Shown here piece by piece: positions 30,429-39,744 of a DNA stretch of 64,000 bases (position 1 is the first letter of the stretch; the number at the start of each line of letters is the position of its first letter). The translations under genes were made by a program, and so were the position numbers. This DNA is from Candidatus Bostrichicola ureolyticus. GTDB taxonomy: Bacteria > Bacteroidota > Bacteroidia > Flavobacteriales > Blattabacteriaceae. The notes beneath the pieces were generated by a model. That model saw nothing but the letters and a program-made list of their open reading frames with translations. It was not told where the DNA came from and ran no database searches. The DNA lies in the NCBI GenBank assembly GCA_029851125.1, contig CP100319.1:75762-139761 (forward strand), in the 5' to 3' direction.

Positions 30429-31894
30429 TTTTTTATTTTTTTTAAAAATTTTTTAGATAATTTTTTTTCATTAAAATAATAACGTTTTCCATTTATTTCT
30501 TGATATTTTTCATGTCCTTTACCTGCAATTAAAATAATGTCTCCTTTTTTTGAAAAAAAAATAGCATTTTCAATAGCTTTTTTTCTATCTATTATGCTAA
30601 ATAATTTTTTTTTAAAATTTTTAATTTTTAAATTTTTCATCATATCATTAATAATATTTTGGGGATTTTCTTCTCTAGGATTATCTGATGTTAAAATCAC
30701 TAAATCTGATTTATTATATGCAATACTTGCCATTATTGGACGTTTTTCTATATCTCTATTACCTCCACATCCAATAACACAAATTAATTTGTTATTATTA
30801 TTTTTTAATTCTTGTATTGTTTCTAAGACATTAGAAATAGCATTGGGTGTATGAGCATAATCAATAATTATACGAATTTTTTTGTATAAAAATTGTTCAA
30901 ATCGACCTTTAATAGGCCTTAAAGTACTCATAATTTTTATTATTTTATCTTCATTTATTTTTAATAATAAATTAGCAGTTCCATATATTGCCAATAAATT
31001 ATATGTATTATATTCTCCAATTAATTTAGTTTTTAAAAAATTATTATTCAATAATAATTCAGTGTATGAAAAATTTTTTTTAATTATTTTGGCTTTATAA
31101 GTAGATTTATTATTTTTTAAAGCATAACTATATTTATTAGCATTACTATTTTTTAATATGATTGAAGAATATTTATCATCTGCATTGATTAATGCAAAAG
31201 ATTTTTTAGATAAAGAATCAAAAAATAATTTTTTAATTAAAAAATAATTATTAAAGTTTTTATGATAATTAATATGATCATGTGTAATATTAGTAAATAT
31301 TCCTAATTTGAAATTTAACCCAAAAATACGTTTTTGAAAAATACCATGAGAACTTACTTCTATAAATGCATATTTACAACCTTTTTTTATTGCGAGATAT
31401 AAAATATGATTAATAGTAATTACATCAGGTGTAGTATTTTTAGTTAAAAATTTATAATTAATAATTTTTATATTAATAGTAGATATTAAAGCTACTTTTT
31501 CTCCTAATTTTTTAAATAATTCATAAAGCATACTAGCAATAGTTGTTTTACCATCAGTACCTGTAATACCTATTATATTTATTTTTTCTGAAGGATTATC
31601 AAAAAAATTTGAACTTATAATTCCTATAGCTTCTGATGTATTATTTACTAATATATAAGTAATATTCTTATTAATTTCATTAGGAAATTTTTCACAAATT
31701 ATAGTATTTGCTCCTTTTTTAATAGCATTTATAATAAAATTATGACCATCAAATTTATTACCACATATAGCTGCAAAAATAGAATTATCAACAACATTTA
31801 AATGATTAATACATAATTTTTTAACTTTTTTTGTTATTATTCCTTTTATTTCTTTTATTGAAACTTTTTGTAAAAGATCTTTTAATAATTTCAT
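30425..31894 (-). CDS. murE: UDP-N-acetylmuramoyl-L-alanyl-D-glutamate--2,6-diaminopimelate ligase
   Basis: Has the Mur ligase P-loop IGITGTDGKTT and a C-terminal DNPR motif (TSDNPREENP) typical of MurE, 489 aa. Confidence 0.93.
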   Translation of the reverse strand: MKLLKDLLQKVSIKEIKGIITKKVKKLCINHLNVVDNSIFAAICGNKFDGHNFIINAIKKGANTIICEKFPNEINKNITYILVNNTSEAIGIISSNFFDNPSEKINIIGITGTDGKTTIASMLYELFKKLGEKVALISTINIKIINYKFLTKNTTPDVITINHILYLAIKKGCKYAFIEVSSHGIFQKRIFGLNFKLGIFTNITHDHINYHKNFNNYFLIKKLFFDSLSKKSFALINADDKYSSIILKNSNANKYSYALKNNKSTYKAKIIKKNFSYTELLLNNNFLKTKLIGEYNTYNLLAIYGTANLLLKINEDKIIKIMSTLRPIKGRFEQFLYKKIRIIIDYAHTPNAISNVLETIQELKNNNNKLICVIGCGGNRDIEKRPIMASIAYNKSDLVILTSDNPREENPQNIINDMMKNLKIKNFKKKLFSIIDRKKAIENAIFFSKKGDIILIAGKGHEKYQEINGKRYYFNEKKLSKKFLKKIKK

Positions 31895-31931
31895 TATTTC
31901 TTTTTTTTTTGTACAAAGATCTTTTTTTTAG

Positions 31932-32005
31932 CTCCTCAGGCTGGATTTGAACCAGCGACATCCTGATTAACAGTCAGGTGCTCTAACCAACTGAGCTACT
32001 GAGGA
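31932..32005 (-). tRNA. tRNA-Asn (anticodon GTT)
   Basis: The reverse complement TCCTCAGTAGCTCAGTTGGTTAGAGCACCTGACTGTTAATCAGGATGTCGCTGGTTCAAATCCAGCCTGAGGAG gives a canonical 74-nt cloverleaf. The anticodon loop is CTGTTAA and the T-loop is TTCAAAT. Confidence 0.92.
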
Positions 32006-32032
32006 ATTATAATTAAATATATAAAATTATTT

Positions 32033-32935
32033 TTAAAGTTTTTCTACCATTCTTAACCTAGCACTACGTATTCTAGAATTTTCTTTAATTTCTGTTTTAT
32101 TAGGTAATAATATTTTAGTAATATATTTGAATGGTTTTTTTTTATTGCCAAATAAATCTTCGTTTTGAATTCCATCAAATGTACCACTTTTAAAAAAAGA
32201 TTTTACTATTCTATCTTCAACAGAATGATATGATATAATAGCAATTCTACATCCAATTTTTAAAATATCTAATGATTGTATTAATAAATATTTTAATTCT
32301 TCAATTTCGTTATTTACTTCAATTCGTATTGATTGAAATAATTTAGCTAAAAATTTATTTTTTTTATATTTAGGTATTTCTGATTTAATGGAATCAATTA
32401 ATTCAAATGTTGTTATGATATTTTTGTCTTTTCTTTTTTCTACAATTTTTTTAGCAATTTTTTTAGCATTTATAATATTTCCATATTCATAAAATAAATT
32501 AGTTAATTTTTGTTCAGAATAATTATTTATTATTGTTTTTGCTGAAATATTAGAACGACAATTCATTCTCATATCTAATTGATTATTAAATCGTATAGAA
32601 AATCCTCTTTTTGGATTATCTAATTGACATGAACTCATACCTAAATCAACTATAATTCCTGATACATAATTAATGTTATTATATAACAATTCATTTTTTA
32701 TATATTTAAAATTTTCATGAAATAATTTCAATCTTTTATCTTTTATAATATTATTATATATAGCTTCTTCATCTTTATCAAAAGCTAAAATAGATCCATT
32801 TATTCCTATATTATTTAATATCATTGCAGAATGTCCACCACTACCAAAAGTAGCATCAATATAAATACCTTCTGGATCAGTAATTAAATTTTTTATTTCG
32901 TTTAAAAACGCAGGTTTATGATAATAATTATTCAT
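32033..32935 (-). CDS. rsmH: 16S rRNA (cytosine1402-N4)-methyltransferase
   Basis: Has HKPAFLNE, the SAM motif DATFGSGGHS, and DLGMSSCQLD, 300 aa. It sits at the head of the mur cluster. Confidence 0.93.
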   Translation of the reverse strand: MNNYYHKPAFLNEIKNLITDPEGIYIDATFGSGGHSAMILNNIGINGSILAFDKDEEAIYNNIIKDKRLKLFHENFKYIKNELLYNNINYVSGIIVDLGMSSCQLDNPKRGFSIRFNNQLDMRMNCRSNISAKTIINNYSEQKLTNLFYEYGNIINAKKIAKKIVEKRKDKNIITTFELIDSIKSEIPKYKKNKFLAKLFQSIRIEVNNEIEELKYLLIQSLDILKIGCRIAIISYHSVEDRIVKSFFKSGTFDGIQNEDLFGNKKKPFKYITKILLPNKTEIKENSRIRSARLRMVEKL

Positions 32936-32951
32936 AAAAAATAGAAAAAAT

Positions 32952-35189
32952 TTATTCTATAAATTCTATATATTTGATTTGATTTAAATCAATATAAATT
33001 TCTTCTTTTTTAATAATATTAGATTTATTTAACCATTTAATATTAAAAATACCTTTCTTATTTTTTAATACTTTATCTAAATCACTACTTTTTTTCATTT
33101 TTAAATCATTTATGGAAAGTATAATATCACCAACTTCTAATCCAATAGATTTTAATTGTTCATTATTCAAATATGAAATTATAAGTCCATAATTAATTCC
33201 TAATTTCTTTTTATTAGAATTATTTAATTCTGATAATTTTATTTTTAATAATTCTTGATTAGTTAATTTATATAAATTTTTAATTTTAGTATTCCCATCA
33301 CTATTTTTTAATGTTAAATTAATAATTTGATAATGATCATCACGAATTATTTTTAATTTGATTTTATCACCAGGATTTTTAAGAGCTAAAATATATGATA
33401 AATCTGACATATTTGATATAATATTATTATCAACATTTACAATTATATCATCAATTTTAAGACCTGATTTTTCTGCTGCACTATTTTTATAAATTTGTAA
33501 AATTGCAAGACCTGATTTGTATTTATTAACATATTCCTTGTTAAATAAGGTTTTATAATATTTTTTATAAAAAAATACATTTTCTTCATCAGAAAGATCT
33601 AAAGTTGATATACCTATAAATGCTCTTTGTACAAGACCGTATTTTTTAATATCATTAATAGTTTTTTTAACTAAATTAGATGGAATTGCAAAACTATATC
33701 CTTCATAACTTCCTGTTCTTGAAGATATTGCAGTATTTATACCCATTAAATATCCATCTTCGTCAATTAATGCTCCTCCACTATTTCCAATATTTATTGC
33801 AGCATCTGTTTGAATAAAACATTCAACTGGTGATTTTTTATCATTTAATATTCCTAGAGATCTATTAACTGCACTAATTATTCCAGCAGTTACTGTAGTC
33901 TTTAAACCTACAGGATTTCCTAATGCTAATACCCATTCACCAATTTTTGGTTTTTTATTAGAAAATTTTATATAAGGTAAATTTTTGGCTTTAATTTTAA
34001 GAAGTGCAATATCAATATTAGGATCTATACCTATTATTTCAGCTTGATAAGTTTTATTATTAAATTCTACTTCTATTTCCTCAGAACTTTCTACAACATG
34101 ATTATTAGTAATAATATAACCATTAGATGATATTATAACACCTGAAGCATTAGCATAAATATTATCATCATTATTATTTTTTTTATAATTTTTTTTATTA
34201 AAATTATCAATTAATTTATTTAAATATTTAATTTTTTTATTTAAATAAATAAAATTATCATTTTTTATAAAAAAATTATAATCAATATTATTAATATTAA
34301 ATTTATTATATAATTTATTATATTCTTTATATTCTTTTTCTGTAATTCCATTTTTCATATTTTTCATATAGAAATAATGAAATGGCTCAAATGGCTCTGT
34401 ATCATCTTCATCTTCATTATAAAATTCTTCTTCTTCATTAAAAGACCTAATAGATTTAATATTAACTATAGTATTAATGCTTTTTTCTACTGCTTTAGCA
34501 AAATCAGGTCTATTCTCTTTTTTCTCATCAATTTTATCTTTTTTATCTTCTATTTTATCTTTTTTATCTTCTATTTTATCTTTTTTATCTTCTATTTTAT
34601 CTTTTTTATCTTCTATTTTATCTTTTTTATCTTCTATTTTATCTTTTTTATCTTCTATTTTATCTTTTTTATCTTCTATTTTATCTTTTTTATCATCAAT
34701 TATATCATCAGAAGATTTATATTCAGATGAATATTCATCATCTTTATTATATTCATCATCTTTATTATATTCATCATCTTTATTATATTCATCATCTTTA
34801 TTATATTCATCATCTTTATTATATTCATCATCTTTATTATATTCATCATCTTTATTATATTCATCATCTTTATTATATTCATCATCTTTATTATATTCAT
34901 CATCTTTATTATATTCATCATCTTGACAAGAATATTTATAATTTTTATTTAAATCATTTGTTAAATCATTTTTTAAATCATTTTTTAAATCATTTTTTAA
35001 ATCATTTTTTAAATCATTTTTTAAATCATTTTTTAAATCATTTTTTAAATCATTTTTTAAATCATTTGTTAAATAACCAGCATATTTAATTTTATAAGTT
35101 TTATACAAACTAAAACTGGTAAATATTATTGATATAATAAATAATAATGATATTAAAGTCTTTTTTGTGAATAATTTTTTAATTTTCAC
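32952..35189 (-). CDS. htrA: HtrA/DegP-family periplasmic serine protease (trypsin-like domain plus 2 PDZ) with a long repeat-bearing N-terminal extension
   Basis: A GTG start (no in-frame ATG nearby) and a signal-anchor. The catalytic triad context is intact (ITNNHVV, DIALLKI, GNSGGALID), followed by two PDZ-like regions. At 745 aa it is far longer than the roughly 500 aa usual for the family, because of three tandem arrays and N/K-rich insertions. Confidence 0.9.
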   Translation of the reverse strand: MKIKKLFTKKTLISLLFIISIIFTSFSLYKTYKIKYAGYLTNDLKNDLKNDLKNDLKNDLKNDLKNDLKNDLKNDLTNDLNKNYKYSCQDDEYNKDDEYNKDDEYNKDDEYNKDDEYNKDDEYNKDDEYNKDDEYNKDDEYNKDDEYNKDDEYSSEYKSSDDIIDDKKDKIEDKKDKIEDKKDKIEDKKDKIEDKKDKIEDKKDKIEDKKDKIEDKKDKIDEKKENRPDFAKAVEKSINTIVNIKSIRSFNEEEEFYNEDEDDTEPFEPFHYFYMKNMKNGITEKEYKEYNKLYNKFNINNIDYNFFIKNDNFIYLNKKIKYLNKLIDNFNKKNYKKNNNDDNIYANASGVIISSNGYIITNNHVVESSEEIEVEFNNKTYQAEIIGIDPNIDIALLKIKAKNLPYIKFSNKKPKIGEWVLALGNPVGLKTTVTAGIISAVNRSLGILNDKKSPVECFIQTDAAINIGNSGGALIDEDGYLMGINTAISSRTGSYEGYSFAIPSNLVKKTINDIKKYGLVQRAFIGISTLDLSDEENVFFYKKYYKTLFNKEYVNKYKSGLAILQIYKNSAAEKSGLKIDDIIVNVDNNIISNMSDLSYILALKNPGDKIKLKIIRDDHYQIINLTLKNSDGNTKIKNLYKLTNQELLKIKLSELNNSNKKKLGINYGLIISYLNNEQLKSIGLEVGDIILSINDLKMKKSSDLDKVLKNKKGIFNIKWLNKSNIIKKEEIYIDLNQIKYIEFIE
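34531..34698. repeat. 21-bp in-frame tandem array (attttatcttttttatcttct; 7 perfect units plus 1 variant) encoding (KKDKIED)n in htrA
   Basis: Units counted directly, starting at 34531, 34552, 34573, 34594, 34615, 34636 and 34657 (perfect) and 34678 (variant ending tcatca). Confidence 0.95.
34733..34924. repeat. 18-bp in-frame tandem array (attcatcatctttattat; 10 perfect units plus a partial) encoding (DDEYNK)n in htrA
   Basis: Units start at 34733 and every 18 bp up to 34895. A partial 11th unit begins at 34913. Confidence 0.95.
34951..35070. repeat. 12-bp in-frame tandem array (aaatcatttttt; 8 perfect units flanked by 2 one-mismatch units) encoding (NDLK)n in htrA
   Basis: Ten 12-bp units counted from 34951 to 35070. 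The first and last carry g instead of t (NDLT / TNDL). Confidence 0.95.
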
Positions 35190-35322
35190 TATATATGTGA
35201 CATTTAAAATTGTTACTTTTCAAATTTAAAAAAAAAAAACAATATAAAAATATTTAAAAAAAAATTTTTATTTAATTTAAAATCATTTTATTATTTAATA
35301 ATAAATTAATAAAATTAATAAA

Positions 35323-36123
35323 ATGAAATTGAAATTTTTTAAATATCAAGGAACTGGAAATGATTTTATTTTAATTGATGCCAGAAACTTAAAATTTGAT
35401 TTTAATGTAAAATTATTATGTAATAGAAAATTTGGAATAGGTGCTGATGGATTAATTTTAATTAAAAATGATAAAAACAGTCAATTTTATATGAAATATT
35501 ATAATTCTGATGGAAAAGAAAGTACTATGTGTGGTAATGGAGGACGATGTGCAGTGGCATTTTCAAAATATTTAGGAATTATTAATAATAATAAAGCATA
35601 TTTTAGAGCATTAGATGGAAATCATATTGCATATATAAAAAACAATTTCATTTCATTAAAAATGATAGATGTTACATCTATAAAGATTAATACAAATCAT
35701 GTATTTTTAAATACTGGATCTCCACATCATATTATATTTATAAAAAATATTAATAATATTAATGTCTATTCTTTAGGTAAAGAAATTAGATTTAAAGAAC
35801 CTTATAAAAAAAATGGAGTAAATGTTAACTTTGTAGAAGTTTTCAAAAATTTTTTAAAAGTTAGAACATATGAACGAGGAGTAGAAAATGAAACTTTATC
35901 TTGTGGAACTGGTGCAGTAGCATCAGCTATAGCTGCATTTGAATTAGGAAAAATAGTTAATAATAAAATATTAATACATACTTTAGGAGGAAAAATATTT
36001 GTTAAATTTTTTAAATATAAAGATTATTCTTATAAAAGAATTTGGATTAAAGGTCCTTATAAATTTATTTATTATGGATACATTGATACAGATTCATTGA
36101 AATATGAATTAAATTCATTTTAA
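35323..36123 (+). CDS. dapF: diaminopimelate epimerase
   Basis: Has YQGTGNDFILID and both catalytic Cys boxes (MCGNGGRC and SCGTGAVASA), 266 aa. Confidence 0.93.
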   Translation: MKLKFFKYQGTGNDFILIDARNLKFDFNVKLLCNRKFGIGADGLILIKNDKNSQFYMKYYNSDGKESTMCGNGGRCAVAFSKYLGIINNNKAYFRALDGNHIAYIKNNFISLKMIDVTSIKINTNHVFLNTGSPHHIIFIKNINNINVYSLGKEIRFKEPYKKNGVNVNFVEVFKNFLKVRTYERGVENETLSCGTGAVASAIAAFELGKIVNNKILIHTLGGKIFVKFFKYKDYSYKRIWIKGPYKFIYYGYIDTDSLKYELNSF

Positions 36124-36156
36124 TATATTTTATGTTAATATTTTTAATATTATTTT

Positions 36157-37458
36157 ATGTATTTATTATCCTCTTCATCTATTTTAGATATAAAAACAAT
36201 AAAAATATATGAGTATACACTTGATAATGGATTAACTGTTATCTTACACCAAGATAACACAAATCCTTTAATAGTTGTATCAATGTTATATCATGTAGGT
36301 AGTAAAAATAATTATACTTGTCCAGGTTTATCTCATTGTTTTGAACATTTAATGTTTCAAAAAACTAAAAATATAAAACATGGAGAATTTTTTAAATATG
36401 TTTCCTCTAATGGAGGACAAACTAATGCATATACAAATAAAGATTTTACATTTTTTTATGAAATGTTACCTTCTAATAATTTAAAATTAGCATTATGGTT
36501 AGAATCTGAACGTATGAGAAATGCTATAATAGATTTAGAAAGTATTAATGCAGAAAAAAAAATAATTCAAGTAGAAAGATCTATGATATATGATAACAAA
36601 CCTTATTTAAAAATAATTTCAGAAAAATTACCTTATTTGTTATTTAAAAAACATCCATATAAATATTCAATTATTGGTTCATCGGAAAATATTAATAATT
36701 TTCATAATTATGATTATAAAAATTTTTATAAAACATATTATGTTCCTAATAATGCAATTTTAACTATTGCAGGAGACTTAAATTTAGAAAAAGTTAAATA
36801 TTTAATTAATACTTATTTTGAAACAATTCCTAAAGGAAAAACTCCACAATTTAATTTTATAGAAGAAAATTCAATTTTTAAAGAAATTGTACATACATAT
36901 AAAGATGAATTTGCATCTATTCCTGCTGTTATTATTTCTTATAGAACAAATGCTTATCAAAATATTAATTGGGATAAAAATATGAGTTCATTAAAGGATG
37001 TTTTATTATTAAATTTTATTAGCAAATTATTATTAAATGGTGAAAGTTCTTTTTTAAGAAAGAAATTAATTCATAATAAAAAAATAGCTTCATTTATTAA
37101 TTATAGTATTTCTATACTAGAAAATTACACAATATTAACAATATATGCTATAGGTAATAAAAATGTTGATTTAAATAAATTAACAGAAGTAATAGATGAA
37201 GAAATTGAAAATTTTAAAAAAAATTTATCTGAAAAAGACATTGAAAAACAAATAAATTTTTGTGAAACAAATTATTTAATAAATAATTTATATATGTTAT
37301 ATAGAGCTCAAAAATTAGCAGAAAATAAATTTTTATTTGGAAAATCAAATATTGATATAATATCATTATATAAATCTTTTACTATTAATGATATAAAACA
37401 AGTTGCTAATAAATATTTACAAATCAATAAACGTGTTCGTTTACATATTAAAATATAA
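36157..37458 (+). CDS. M16-family zinc peptidase (insulinase-like), catalytic-type subunit
   Basis: Has the inverted zinc motif HxxEH as HCFEHLMF, followed by the downstream E in the NAYTNKDFTFFY region, 433 aa. Confidence 0.8.
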   Translation: MYLLSSSSILDIKTIKIYEYTLDNGLTVILHQDNTNPLIVVSMLYHVGSKNNYTCPGLSHCFEHLMFQKTKNIKHGEFFKYVSSNGGQTNAYTNKDFTFFYEMLPSNNLKLALWLESERMRNAIIDLESINAEKKIIQVERSMIYDNKPYLKIISEKLPYLLFKKHPYKYSIIGSSENINNFHNYDYKNFYKTYYVPNNAILTIAGDLNLEKVKYLINTYFETIPKGKTPQFNFIEENSIFKEIVHTYKDEFASIPAVIISYRTNAYQNINWDKNMSSLKDVLLLNFISKLLLNGESSFLRKKLIHNKKIASFINYSISILENYTILTIYAIGNKNVDLNKLTEVIDEEIENFKKNLSEKDIEKQINFCETNYLINNLYMLYRAQKLAENKFLFGKSNIDIISLYKSFTINDIKQVANKYLQINKRVRLHIKI

Positions 37459-37463
37459 AATAA

Positions 37464-38816
37464 ATGAGTTCAAAAATAGATATTAACAAAGTTCCTACAT
37501 CAGATCCACTACCTAAAATTAGTATTAAAAATATTAAAAGTTTTAAATTAGATAATGGATTAAAAGTTTTTTTAATTGAAAATAAATTTCCATTAATTCA
37601 AATAGGATTAACATTTGATATTGAACCTATAAAAGAAAATAAAATTGGAATAAAACATATAATGAAAGATATGTTTATGGCAGGTACAGAAAATTATACA
37701 AAAGAAGAATTATATGAAACTTTAGAATATTTAGGATCTAATATAGATATATCAGAATCATGTATATATATGTCAGTATTAAGTAAACATATTGAACTAT
37801 CTATAAAAATATTAAGTGATATTATAATAAAACCAAAGTTAAATTCTGTTCAAGAATTAAACAATTCAATAAATAAATTGATTATTTATTTAAATTCAAA
37901 AAATAAAGATATTAATTATATAATAACCAATGTTATTGGTAACAAATTATTTTATGGCAATAATCATCCTTATGGAAAAATTGTATCAGAAAAATCTCTA
38001 AAAAAAATTACAATTAATGATATTAAATTATTTTATAATACTTATTATAAACCTAATGTTGCTAGTATAACTTTTATGGGTTCTATTTCAATAGAACAAG
38101 TGGAATTTTTAGTTAAAAAATATTTTTCATTATGGCAAAAAGGTATTAAACTTAATAAAAATTATACTTTTCCAAAACACTATGAATTAGAAATTGATTT
38201 AATTAATATTAATTCAGCTAAAAAAGCATTTATTTATATGGGAAATCCATTATCCTTAGATACAAGAAATAAAGATTATTTAGCTGCTAAAATGGTAAAT
38301 AACATATTAGGTGTAGGTCCTAATTCACGTTTATTTATGAATATTCGTGAATATAAAAATTATGCTTACTATATTAGTTCAAATATTATAATTCATGACA
38401 CTAAAACAAGTTTTAGAATAGTATCTCAAATAAATTTAAATACTATAAATGATACAATTAATTTAATTATAAAAGAATTAAATAATATAACAACATATTA
38501 TGTTTCTGATAAAGAATTAGAAAATAATAAAAAAGAAGAAATTGGTAATTTTATTATGAATTTAGAAGATCCTATTACTTATAGTAATTTTGTTATTAAC
38601 AAAAATAAATTTACTAAAAATTTTTTCAAAAATTATATAATAAATATAGAATCTTTAACTAAAGAAGAAATATTAGAAACAGCTAAAAAATATTTTTCAA
38701 TAAATAATTTTAGAATTATTATTATAAGTAATAATTATAAAAATAATTTCAATATTAAAGAATATCCTATTTATTTGTATAATCCAAATGGAGATTTAAT
38801 TAAAAAATTAAATTAA
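37464..38816 (+). CDS. M16-family peptidase-like protein lacking the HxxEH motif (probable non-catalytic partner)
   Basis: A 450-aa protein of similar length and layout to the upstream M16 gene. The motif position reads IKHIMKDMF instead of HxxEH. Adjacent pairing is typical of M16B pairs. Confidence 0.7.
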   Translation: MSSKIDINKVPTSDPLPKISIKNIKSFKLDNGLKVFLIENKFPLIQIGLTFDIEPIKENKIGIKHIMKDMFMAGTENYTKEELYETLEYLGSNIDISESCIYMSVLSKHIELSIKILSDIIIKPKLNSVQELNNSINKLIIYLNSKNKDINYIITNVIGNKLFYGNNHPYGKIVSEKSLKKITINDIKLFYNTYYKPNVASITFMGSISIEQVEFLVKKYFSLWQKGIKLNKNYTFPKHYELEIDLININSAKKAFIYMGNPLSLDTRNKDYLAAKMVNNILGVGPNSRLFMNIREYKNYAYYISSNIIIHDTKTSFRIVSQINLNTINDTINLIIKELNNITTYYVSDKELENNKKEEIGNFIMNLEDPITYSNFVINKNKFTKNFFKNYIINIESLTKEEILETAKKYFSINNFRIIIISNNYKNNFNIKEYPIYLYNPNGDLIKKLN

Positions 38817-38872
38817 AAAAAATATTTATTTAAATAATATTTATATATTTATATATATAATATATATTTATA

Positions 38873-39205
38873 ATGTTATCCAATATTAATAAAGATTTAT
38901 ACAATAATATTATATCTGTTTTAAAAACGATATATGATCCTGAACTTCATATAAATATATATGAATTAGGTTTAATCTATGATATAGATATTATTAATAA
39001 TGATAATAATAATGTAGATATAAAAATTACAATGACACTTACATCACCTAATTGTCCTATAGCTGATAGCTTTTTAACAGAAATAAAAAATAAAATTAAC
39101 AATATTAATGGAATTAATAATGTTATTATAAATCTTATTTTTGAACCTAAATGGAATAAAGAAATGATGAGTGAAGAAGCTAAATTAGAATTAGGTTTGT
39201 TGTAA
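38873..39205 (+). CDS. DUF59/MIP18-family Fe-S assembly protein (SufT-like)
   Basis: A 110-aa ORF with VLKTIYDPELHINIYELGLIYDI and TLTSPNCP, the hallmark segments of DUF59 proteins. Confidence 0.75.
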   Translation: MLSNINKDLYNNIISVLKTIYDPELHINIYELGLIYDIDIINNDNNNVDIKITMTLTSPNCPIADSFLTEIKNKINNINGINNVIINLIFEPKWNKEMMSEEAKLELGLL

Positions 39206-39225
39206 ATTAATAATAAATTTATTTT

Positions 39226-39561
39226 ATGGAAATAATCGGAACTATAAAAAAAATATTTGATGTAAAAACATTTAATAATGGATTTAAAAAAAGAGAATTA
39301 ATTATAAAAACTGAAGAACAATATCCTCAAAATATTTTAATTGAATTTATTCAGGATAAAATTAATATATTAAATATGTTTAAATATGGTGATAAAGTAA
39401 AAATATACATAAATATTAAAGGAAGAGAATGGAATAATCCTGAAGGAATTACAAAATATTTTAATTCTATTCAAGGTTGGAAAATTGAAAAATTCAATTT
39501 TACTGAAAAAGAAATTTCAAATTTTAAAAATAAAAATGAATTTGATGATTTACCATTTTAA
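39226..39561 (+). CDS. DUF3127-domain protein (OB-fold-like, Bacteroidota-typical)
   Basis: A 111-aa ORF. MEIIGTIKKIFDVKTFNNGFKKRELIIKTEEQYPQNILIEF matches my memory of the DUF3127 N-terminus. No search was run. Confidence 0.55.
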   Translation: MEIIGTIKKIFDVKTFNNGFKKRELIIKTEEQYPQNILIEFIQDKINILNMFKYGDKVKIYINIKGREWNNPEGITKYFNSIQGWKIEKFNFTEKEISNFKNKNEFDDLPF

Positions 39562-39744
39562 ATTATTTAAATAATTTTTAAAAAAGATTTATACAACTTT
39601 TTTATAAAAATAAATAAATGCGCATAGTAGATTCATACTATCTAACATGCTCTTTTATTTAAAATATTTTTCAAAAAAAAAACATAGATCTCATTTTATG
39701 AATAATTACTAAAACCTAAAAAACGGGATTAATTTTAAATTTAT

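Noticed and set aside
34377-35089. Four ORFs in the track (34377-34730 +, 34477-34926 +, 34700-34921 -, 34727-35089 +) with highly repetitive translations (FIFYFIF..., SSILSFL..., MMNIIK..., HHLYYI...).
   Set aside because: They are alternative-frame or antisense readings of the htrA tandem arrays. Any repeat whose unit is a multiple of 3 stays open in several frames. The htrA frame alone connects to a signal anchor and an intact protease/PDZ body.
35221-35228. A match to the Bacteroidota -7 promoter motif TAnnTTTG (taaatttg on the minus strand) 32 nt upstream of the htrA GTG.
   Set aside because: The motif is expected by chance about once per kb per strand at this composition. The spacing to the only upstream TTG is too short. 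I also found no comparable motif upstream of rplU, rnr, pdhB or dapF, so I cannot support promoter calls here.
36157-38816. An adjacent pair of M16 peptidase genes, considered as a possible novel processing system.
   Set aside because: An active (HxxEH) plus inactive M16B pair is a common, well-described arrangement in Bacteroidota and many other bacteria.
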